NCBI GenBank assembly: GCA_016840465.1
Contig: JAEOSH010000043.1
Span: forward strand, 1-20,873
Direction of reading: 5' to 3'
Length of the DNA stretch: 20,873 bases
From: Candidatus Baldrarchaeum yapensis
GTDB taxonomy: Archaea > Asgardarchaeota > Baldrarchaeia > Baldrarchaeales > Baldrarchaeaceae
Shown: piece by piece, positions 1 through 7,287 of the stretch
Position numbering within the stretch: the stretch's first letter is position 1
Layout of the letters: each line of letters begins with the position of its first letter
The notes under the pieces: model-generated
What the model saw: only the letters and a program-made list of their open reading frames with translations
The model's database searches: none
Told to the model about the DNA's origin: nothing
Position numbers and translations under genes: made by a program

Positions 1-141
1 CTCATAACCCACTATGAAAATTCTCTCTTCGTTCTCTGGGTACTTCTCTTTAATATGGGAATACAGTCCGCCGGACTGTATTCCCATATTAAAGAGAAGT
101 ACCCAGAGAACGAAGAGAGAATTTTCATAGTGGGTTATGAG
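1..141. repeat. Perfect fold-back inverted repeat (70-bp arms, 1-nt centre) at the window start
   Basis: Bases 1-70 are the exact reverse complement of 72-141, centred on C71 (…atacagtccg c cggactgtat…). Confidence 0.97.
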
Positions 142-237
142 GGTGCCAATCTCAAGCTTGTGCTTGATGTGCCCCTGCGGAGGGATGTTGTTAGCGAAAC
201 CGAACTCTCATGTCAGATTATTCGGCAAAGATATTAA
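72..237 (+). CDS. Probable 3' end of a truncated gene of unknown function
   Basis: Open frame GLYSHIKEKYPENEERIFIVGYEG…QIIRQRY* with protein-like composition. Its stop (235-237) abuts the convergent stop at 238-240. The ATG at 55 in the ORF track lies in the duplicated arm and is probably not the real start. Confidence 0.5.
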
Positions 238-675
238 TTAAAACTCTACGAGGGCGAAAAGAGATTCTGAGGGTCTAACAACCCCATTCCTCATTTTTAT
301 GAAACCAAGCCTTTCTAAGTATTTGAGATCCTCGAGCACGGTTTTCACTTCCACGCCACGCTCCTTAGCGACTTCCTCTATTTTTGCTTCTCCCTTTCCT
401 GCACATAATTTTATGACCGCAAATAGCGTTGCCTTCACTCTATCCGGTAGGAACCCCTCACCCTCGGTAAAAGCCAGATGCCACGTTTTTGAAAGAGGAT
501 TGTACATGAGTGAGAACCCCAGGAGAGATAACATGTATGAAACCCTCTCTAACGCCTTAATCGCACAAACTTCTCCAAAATCGTCCTCACGTAGGCCTAA
601 GAGCCTTATTATCTCCCGTAGGGATATTCCTTTGCCTCCCAAAAGCCTGCTCAACAATGCCGTGACCTCATTCAA
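238..675 (-). CDS. scpB: ScpB-like KITE subunit (tandem winged helix)
   Basis: 145 aa with two WH-like halves. LPDRVKATLFAVI…IEEVAKERGV…LKYLERLGFIK matches the ScpB WH-B pattern (LS..aLETLAiI…raEIeeiRGV…L..L.erGlI). It is the last gene after SMC and kleisin and overlaps the upstream gene by 8 nt. Confidence 0.75.
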   Translation of the reverse strand: MNEVTALLSRLLGGKGISLREIIRLLGLREDDFGEVCAIKALERVSYMLSLLGFSLMYNPLSKTWHLAFTEGEGFLPDRVKATLFAVIKLCAGKGEAKIEEVAKERGVEVKTVLEDLKYLERLGFIKMRNGVVRPSESLFALVEF

Positions 676-1234
676 TCATGATCACCTCGTTTTTGTCTTC
701 AGATAGCGATAGTCTCCCCGAAGATATCAATCTGAGGAGTGCAACGAATGCCATCAGCGTGGACCATCGATCTCCCATTTTAACCACATTTTCTACGCTC
801 GCCCTCCCTCCTTGCTCCGTTAAAAGCGAAAGTACCAGTCTAGACGCTCTTTTCAAGATATCCTCAAACCTTACGATACTTATCTCGACGTGTGGAGCCT
901 CAGAGCCTAACTCTATATGCTCGGTGAGCTCTTCTGCTTCTAAGCACCTCCTCTTCTCCGATAGCGATTTTAATCTCTCGAATGCTCTTCTGAGATCGTC
1001 GATTCCAATAAAGGGGAACATCAATGGAACTCCGGCTATTTTGATCTCTGGTTGTTCTCCCTCAAGGTTCATTAGTATGAGGTTTGCTATTTCGCGGATC
1101 TCCCTCTCGATAAGATCCAAAATTCTTGCAATTATCCTTAATGCTTCCCTTAGATCCATATTGTCGATCTCGGCAAGCACCTTTGAAATTAGCAAATTTA
1201 CGTCGCCACCGCTGCCCATCATAAGGGTCACCAT
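668..1234 (-). CDS. scpA: ScpA-like kleisin (short); likely start ATG 1222
   Basis: DVNLLISKVLAEIDNMDLREALRIIARIL resembles the ScpA N-terminal helical region, IGIDDLRRAF resembles the 'vTLdeLi.AL' motif, and C-terminal FVALLRLISSGRLSL resembles the kleisin cap WH (FLALLeL…G.v.l). It lies directly after SMC, with GGTGA 6 nt before ATG 1222. Confidence 0.75.
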   Translation of the reverse strand: MVTLMMGSGGDVNLLISKVLAEIDNMDLREALRIIARILDLIEREIREIANLILMNLEGEQPEIKIAGVPLMFPFIGIDDLRRAFERLKSLSEKRRCLEAEELTEHIELGSEAPHVEISIVRFEDILKRASRLVLSLLTEQGGRASVENVVKMGDRWSTLMAFVALLRLISSGRLSLSEDKNEVIMIE

Positions 1235-4200
1235 TCCAGCTCTATTATCCTGCTAACGCCGCGGTCTTTCTGCAACACCACTCCGTAAATCTTATCGGCG
1301 AACAATCCGATGTCGGCGTGCTTATCCGGCACAAATACCAGCACCTGCCTTCCCTTTGAATTCTTACTGAGAATTTTCGCCGCAACGGTGCTATGCCTGA
1401 TGTCTAAGAAGATGACCGGCTCGTCGTAGGCAAATATGCGGCTGTGCGATCTCCTCTGAAGTGCACATATGAACGCTATTGCTATGATTGTCTGTTGACC
1501 CTTACTGAAGGTCTTGATGGCACGTTCAACGCCATCGCCTGTTTTTGCCCTCATCACCAAGCCCAGTTCCTCGAAGCTACCATCCAATGTGGCGCTGCAC
1601 CGTATGTCGATGTTGTTCTCCTCAAGCACGCTATTAACTTCCCTGATAATTGAATCCACCTCCTTCCTCAACTCCTCCAAGTACTTATCTTTCAACTTCT
1701 CCATGAGTTGGCTGACGGCACTTATTTTCCTCTCTACCTCGTTTATTCGCCTAGAAATTTCCTTTCGACTCTCCTGTAGCTGCTTTACCCTGTCCAGCAC
1801 ACTCTCATCGACTTCTCCCAGTTCTTCCAGTTCCTGCAATACCACCTCCTTGCGCGCCCTTATTTCTGCGATAGAGCGCACCTTCGAAGGGCGTTCGACT
1901 CCCATAATTTTAACCGAACTGTAGAGATTACCGAGTTCCTCCTCGATACGCCTAATCTCTTCCTCCAACGTCTCCATCTTCCTACTCACGTCCTGATATC
2001 TCTCATCGAATCTGCCCAACTCCTCACGAAGTTTCTCCTTGCGCTCTTTCAGTTTCGATATCTCCCTATCCACGCCCTCGATACTCGATTTGATTTCTTT
2101 TTTCTTCCCCTCCAGCAGTTCGACATTCTTCAGGCTTTTTCTCAAGTCGGCATCTGCCCTTTCCAACTCTTCCTCCAATTCGACCTTCACTGATGCCTTC
2201 TCGTTAATTCTGGTATCAATGCCTACGAGCATTTTCTCCAACTCTGTTATCAGATTTTTGCCCCTCTCAACCATCCTGTCCACTTTTTTCAACTCTCTAT
2301 CGTTCCTCTTCAACCCTTTCTCTATAGCGTCCAGCATGCCAATGAGTTTATCGTAATCTGCCGGTTTCCGCCCCTCTATTTCCTTTAACCCTGCGAGCGC
2401 CTCGTCAACTCTCCTCTTATACTCTTCTAACTCTTTCTTCAACCGCGATACTCTCTCCTTAGCATTTTCTATCTCCTCACGCAGACGAAGCTTGCGCTCG
2501 TGGAGTTCTCTCCATTTCGGGATCAGGTTGAGCAACTCTCTTATTCTTTCCAACTCTCTCCCATATCGCTCTACGTCATCCGATAATTGCTTACGCTTCT
2601 CCTCCAAGGTCTTCCGCCTATCTTCCAACTCTTCGAGCATCGCTTGGAGCCTTTTAACGCTGAGGAGACCGCGAGGTTCCCGCCTTGCCACCATTTTAAT
2701 GACGTAATTACGCCCCTCCACAACTTCGCCGTCCAGCGTGACGAATCTATAGTTGTACTTTCGGGAGAGTCTTATTGCACTATCTAGGTCTCTCACAACC
2801 ACAACTCTGCCGCAGATATCCCTTATCACGGGTCTCAGTTCCTCGGGAAACGTTATCAGGTCTTCGAGCCATCCCACGACTCCCTCCTCCCTTAGCTCCT
2901 CCTTCTCCTCAACCCGCTCGACCTTGGGCATGTAGATCGATACTCCGCGTGCGCGGTACTTCCTTCTTCTGAGGTCGTTTAAGATGTCGTTTTGTATCTC
3001 TTTTAATATCTTGAGGTCCATCTCGTCAAATACCACGAACGATAAGAGATCCCCGCCAAATATTATTTCGACGACCTCCGCGTACTCGTCCGGGACCTCC
3101 ATGTGCTTCATCAGCGGCCCCATAGCGTTAATGCCCCTTCTCTCAACTTCCTTTTCCAGCCTTGTGACCTCCTCCGGTATGCGTTTATCTCTGCTCAGAA
3201 GCTTCGCCCTCAACTCCCTAATCTCCCCGTCAAGGTTCGCCAGTTCCTTGGTGATCCTCCCCAGTTCTCCGATCAGTTCGCCCCTCTTCCTTTCGAGATC
3301 CTCCATTCTCCTCCTCAATTCTTCCTCGTTGTAATGCTCAATCTCCTCTCCAATTTCCTGAATCTCCTTGTTAACCTTCGCAAGTTCCTCATGTAGATCC
3401 CTGAGCCTGTCCATTTCGGCATCAACTTCTTTTTTCTTCTCCTCGAACGCCCTTCTCTCCGAATTATACAGTTCTCTTGCCTTAGACCATTCTCCTTCCC
3501 ACTCACGATAGTCCTTGAGTTTGTTCTCGACCTCCCTCTTCCTCTCATGTAGTTTCTCGATCTTCTGCTCGATCCTTGCTCTTCTATGTTTCAGTTCTGT
3601 GACCCTTTTCTCAACATTTCTGATGCATCCCTCGAGGACCCTTTTCTCTCGATCAAGTCTCTCCATCTCCGCTCTCAGGCGTTCAATCTTACCTATTATC
3701 TTGTCGTACTCCTTACGCTTCTCCTCGATCTTCATATTTTCGGCAGCAATTTCACCTTCCACCTTTCTCAGCACTTCCTCGAGCGACTTCTTCTTTTTCT
3801 CCAATTCCTCGATCCGTTTTCTGGTTTCAGAGATCATTGCGTTGATCCTCTCGATCTCATGGGCTAGATCTCCGCATTTCCCCTTCAATTCTTCCATTTT
3901 TCTTCTGCGTTCTGCAAGTTCTCGCTCCCTTTCAGATATCTCCGCCCATAGTTCCTCCGCTTCCAGTTTTTTAAGTTCCTCCTCCAGCTTTCTCTTTCTC
4001 TCCAATTTTTTGATCTGCGGACGTAGGTTCATCTCCTCCGAGTTGAGGGCCCTTAATTCCTCCTCCAGCAGTTTCTTTCTCTCCGACAGTTCCCTAATTT
4101 TATCAAGTTTATCTAGGATTTCCCTCCGATGCCCCGCAAGTCCTGTGATTTCCTCCACTGCCTCCCTCAGAGCAATGGGGTCGAGATCCTTGATCGCATC

Positions 4201-4605
4201 TATCTTCCCTTGAGGGCAGAATACGAACGGGTTGCCGGGGTCGGTCTCCAGTTCCCTGACTATCCTTCTGACGCTCTCGGCAGTTGTGAGTTTGCCGTTG
4301 ACGAAGTACTGTGGGGGCCTTCCCCTTACGACCCTTCTCCTAATGGTAATTGATTCCTGTCCATTGCTGAGCACCACCTCGACCCATGCCTCATTACAGC
4401 CGTGCCTGATGAAGTCCGACCAGCGCGGATACCTCTCATCCTTTTGGTTCGATCCCAAGACGAACCTTAGCGCCTGGAAGAGCGCGGTCTTCCCGGATCC
4501 GTTTTCCCCAACGAAAACTAAGAGTCCATCTTCGAGGTTTATCTCCTCATGTGCGTACGAGAGAAAATTATGGAGCGTTAACTTTACGATCCGCACCCCC
4601 TCCAC
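1228..4605 (-). CDS. smc: SMC-family ATPase with hinge; atypical head (start GTG 4605 or 4596)
   Basis: 1125 aa. Walker A GENGSGKT (aa 33-40), Q-loop FCPQGKI, two long coiled coils around an SMC hinge (GPLMKHMEV…FVTLDGEVVE), signature-like FSKGQ, Walker B IFAYDE and D-loop FLD. Confidence 0.95.
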   Translation of the reverse strand: MEGVRIVKLTLHNFLSYAHEEINLEDGLLVFVGENGSGKTALFQALRFVLGSNQKDERYPRWSDFIRHGCNEAWVEVVLSNGQESITIRRRVVRGRPPQYFVNGKLTTAESVRRIVRELETDPGNPFVFCPQGKIDAIKDLDPIALREAVEEITGLAGHRREILDKLDKIRELSERKKLLEEELRALNSEEMNLRPQIKKLERKRKLEEELKKLEAEELWAEISERERELAERRRKMEELKGKCGDLAHEIERINAMISETRKRIEELEKKKKSLEEVLRKVEGEIAAENMKIEEKRKEYDKIIGKIERLRAEMERLDREKRVLEGCIRNVEKRVTELKHRRARIEQKIEKLHERKREVENKLKDYREWEGEWSKARELYNSERRAFEEKKKEVDAEMDRLRDLHEELAKVNKEIQEIGEEIEHYNEEELRRRMEDLERKRGELIGELGRITKELANLDGEIRELRAKLLSRDKRIPEEVTRLEKEVERRGINAMGPLMKHMEVPDEYAEVVEIIFGGDLLSFVVFDEMDLKILKEIQNDILNDLRRRKYRARGVSIYMPKVERVEEKEELREEGVVGWLEDLITFPEELRPVIRDICGRVVVVRDLDSAIRLSRKYNYRFVTLDGEVVEGRNYVIKMVARREPRGLLSVKRLQAMLEELEDRRKTLEEKRKQLSDDVERYGRELERIRELLNLIPKWRELHERKLRLREEIENAKERVSRLKKELEEYKRRVDEALAGLKEIEGRKPADYDKLIGMLDAIEKGLKRNDRELKKVDRMVERGKNLITELEKMLVGIDTRINEKASVKVELEEELERADADLRKSLKNVELLEGKKKEIKSSIEGVDREISKLKERKEKLREELGRFDERYQDVSRKMETLEEEIRRIEEELGNLYSSVKIMGVERPSKVRSIAEIRARKEVVLQELEELGEVDESVLDRVKQLQESRKEISRRINEVERKISAVSQLMEKLKDKYLEELRKEVDSIIREVNSVLEENNIDIRCSATLDGSFEELGLVMRAKTGDGVERAIKTFSKGQQTIIAIAFICALQRRSHSRIFAYDEPVIFLDIRHSTVAAKILSKNSKGRQVLVFVPDKHADIGLFADKIYGVVLQKDRGVSRIIELEW

Positions 4606-5515
4606 CCCCTACCATGCTCCTTATCCTCTCAACAGCCTTCTTCGCTCTCATCAACCTGATGATCCTCCTCTCACGATCATCTAGCAGTATAAACGAGCAC
4701 TTAGCGAGAAGGATTTCCAGTTTCCTATCGAGGGGTTGCCCGATGTTGATCTTACGTATTAGCTTCTCGAACTCCTGCCCGTACTCGCTGATTGCCATCA
4801 TGTACATTTGATCCAGCATGTCGTCGGGAACCACGCTCTCCACAACCTTAGGCGCTGGCGGAAAGATTATCCTCTCGAGACAAAAGATAAAGTCCTCCGT
4901 CTTAACAACGTCCCTGTTGTTGCCGAACGCATAAGAAACCGCCATCTTGACGAGATTTATCAGGTCCGTCGCATAGAGTCCCTCCGTCATCTCTATTATC
5001 TTTCTCAGGTCGATATCGTACTTTACACCGTCGAGTAATACCCTCAGCGCCTCCCCCCTCTCACTTGGCCCCGGTTCATGCACTCTTAATACGAACTCGT
5101 TTATTGTTAGCGGGTTTTCCAATGGCGGGCTCAGCACCACTATTAAAAACTTCCCGTCGAAGGCCCTATTCTTAAGGAGATCCATCACGTGATCACAACT
5201 TGCCCACGTTAAAAGCACGACTTCCCTGAACTTAGAAGGTTCCATATGCTCGTTGGCCGATATTTCTGTTATATCTATGTTCATTTCGTTCAATACTGAT
5301 TTTATCGCTAAATCTATCATCGATCTGGGATCCGCATAAAGGATGACCCTAGATACCGGTTCCACTCTCAGGTTTTCCGTGAAAAACGTGCGGTTCCTCC
5401 ATGCAGTTATCAGAGCCTTCAATGCCTCTACTGTGTCCCTGCAACAGATGTTTGCGACGGCCTTGACCTTCTCCTCCCACGTGGCAACCCTTTTCTCTTT
5501 CTCACTCTCCGCCAT
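4568..5515 (-). CDS. Inactive classic-clade (PAN/Cdc48/FtsH-like) AAA+ domain protein with C-terminal helical extension
   Basis: LRVEPVSRVILYADPRSMIDLAIKSVLNEMN aligns to '[28 protein letters not shown]' with the P-loop destroyed. No hhhhDE Walker B (VVLLTW instead). EPGPSERGEALRVLL…DIDLRKIIEMTEGLYATDLINLVKMA…DVVKTEDFIFCLERI is a recognisable AAA lid. Confidence 0.7.
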   Translation of the reverse strand: MAESEKEKRVATWEEKVKAVANICCRDTVEALKALITAWRNRTFFTENLRVEPVSRVILYADPRSMIDLAIKSVLNEMNIDITEISANEHMEPSKFREVVLLTWASCDHVMDLLKNRAFDGKFLIVVLSPPLENPLTINEFVLRVHEPGPSERGEALRVLLDGVKYDIDLRKIIEMTEGLYATDLINLVKMAVSYAFGNNRDVVKTEDFIFCLERIIFPPAPKVVESVVPDDMLDQMYMMAISEYGQEFEKLIRKINIGQPLDRKLEILLAKCSFILLDDRERRIIRLMRAKKAVERIRSMVGGGGGADRKVNAP

Positions 5516-7283
5516 AGTATCCTCTCACCTCCTCTATGACCATCTTGGGGAGATCGTTTGCATCCTGCACGGGATAGATTTTTCCTCCCATTTGGAAGAA
5601 CGTTTTGAACTTTTTGCTCTGCAGATCCTCCTCCCTGCCGCCTATCAAGAACAGTACTATCTTGTGCCCCATTGACGCGATCTCCATTAGGCCCCTTAAT
5701 GCCTGCTTCCAGTTGTAGATCTCCGCATCGCTTATTATCAGAACCAACACCTGATCCCTCGCCTTTTGCACCAGCTCAATCAACTCCTCTATCGGAAGTT
5801 CCGTTCCTCCGCCCTGGTACGTCAGTAAGCAGTCCTCCACTTTCTTCCTGTCTCTGGTCCACTCACAAGTTATGGGCTCGTCCGAGAAGTTCAGCACCGC
5901 CATCCTGCAGTTTTTCCTCATTGCAAAATCCAAGGCAGCGAATGCGGACACTAGTGCCGCATCATACGGTCCCGATGGTCCGGCCGGGTTCCATAATTCC
6001 CAGAACATGCTACCTGAGCTATCTATCACTATAAGGAGGTCGGGAGGGGCACTTTTCTCACCATGCCTTTCGCTTTTCCTTTTTACCCATTTTCTGGTGG
6101 TAATGTTCGGAATGAGAACCGGGAATGTTTGAAGAGATTGCACGATGTCCAACTCCTCTATTGGGTCGCCGATACGCCACACCGTGGTGTATGCGGGCAA
6201 TGCGCTTCCCTCTCTTTTAACCCGCATTTTTATTTCGATCTTTGAGGCCGCTCTTGCGCGATACCAGAACCTTAAGAGGTCATGCCCCCTCAACATCGGA
6301 GACAGACCCAGTGAGGCAGAGGCGAACTTTCCAAAGTCTTGCCCTCGCTCTACAAACCGCCTCGCTATTTTTTCAAGGTCCTCCTCTGATAGTTCGCCCT
6401 TCCCCTCAGCGGCCTCCTTATCACGTATCTCCATGGGGTTTCCACGCATCAGGATAATAACATCTTTAGGAACTTCTGCAGGTGATCTTTCTTCTTCGGC
6501 ATCGGGCTTAGTGGCCATGGGGGACCCTGTTGACGACCCTCCGCAACCTGTGAGCATGGGTGCCGGCACTCCTAAACAGATGCCCTCACGGACTTCCTCC
6601 ATCAGCACGTCTCTTAGTATCTGTGCGACCCTGCGAGTCCTCTCGGGCCACGAGTTCTCGTCATCTATTCCATCCCTGACGGCATTTGCAAGTTCTCGCG
6701 CTATTCTGTCCTCCCTTTTTCCAATGTCTAGGCGAATCGGAAATCTAACACCCCACAGGTATTCATAGGTTCGGACGAGTATTTTGAATAGGGCACTCGG
6801 AGATCCGGTTACTCTAACCGCCTCTCTTATTATCACCTCGAGTGACCACAGCGTGTCATCCCGGAACATCTTAAACAGTTTTGTTTCGACCACGAGATCG
6901 GCAAACACGTTTACTGCGAAAACCGCGCGCATTGGGTCGAGTACAGATGCCGCCTCGGCGACCATGAACGAGGAATTAATTCTATCATATGGACAGTAGA
7001 TGTAATGTCCGATTTCATGCCTTGCCATACATCTGAAAAACCTGAGGAGCTCCGTTTCTCCAAGCTGGGGATGTCGAGCAACGTTCATATGAACCCGCCA
7101 ATCCTCCTCGCTTATGTAGAAGCCCGATGTTTTCATCTCGTCATATTCTATTTCCGGCTCGGGGATCGGTGGGTTGAGGAAGTCCGCGAGCGCGAGGTTA
7201 TACCCCTCCCTTGCGATATGCATAACTCTCTCCGGCGGAATCCCCCTCCCTCTGCGGAAGATTTTACCTAGCGCTTTCTCCAT
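5502..7283 (-). CDS. Zincin-like metallopeptidase (HExxH) fused to a VWA domain (MoxR partner, DUF2201-like architecture)
   Basis: HEIGH at aa 89-93 (7005-7019) followed by NVFADLVV. The C-terminal VWA has a complete MIDAS: LLIVIDSSGSM, GGGT, IISD. GGTGA RBS, 4 nt after the MoxR stop. Confidence 0.85.
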   Translation of the reverse strand: MEKALGKIFRRGRGIPPERVMHIAREGYNLALADFLNPPIPEPEIEYDEMKTSGFYISEEDWRVHMNVARHPQLGETELLRFFRCMARHEIGHYIYCPYDRINSSFMVAEAASVLDPMRAVFAVNVFADLVVETKLFKMFRDDTLWSLEVIIREAVRVTGSPSALFKILVRTYEYLWGVRFPIRLDIGKREDRIARELANAVRDGIDDENSWPERTRRVAQILRDVLMEEVREGICLGVPAPMLTGCGGSSTGSPMATKPDAEEERSPAEVPKDVIILMRGNPMEIRDKEAAEGKGELSEEDLEKIARRFVERGQDFGKFASASLGLSPMLRGHDLLRFWYRARAASKIEIKMRVKREGSALPAYTTVWRIGDPIEELDIVQSLQTFPVLIPNITTRKWVKRKSERHGEKSAPPDLLIVIDSSGSMFWELWNPAGPSGPYDAALVSAFAALDFAMRKNCRMAVLNFSDEPITCEWTRDRKKVEDCLLTYQGGGTELPIEELIELVQKARDQVLVLIISDAEIYNWKQALRGLMEIASMGHKIVLFLIGGREEDLQSKKFKTFFQMGGKIYPVQDANDLPKMVIEEVRGYYGGE

Positions 7284-7287
7284 GTGA

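Noticed and set aside
55-71. ATG start of the 60-aa ORF 55..237
   Set aside because: The ATG lies in the duplicated fold-back arm; only the part from about base 72 looks like genuine coding sequence.
238-4605. Calling the SMC cluster Wadjet/MksBEFG or Lamassu
   Set aside because: No JetD/MksG TOPRIM nuclease or LmuA-type effector in the operon; gene order and sizes differ; the subunits look ScpA/ScpB-like. The TOPRIM gene at 18.3-19.0 kb is far away and has its own ATPase partner.
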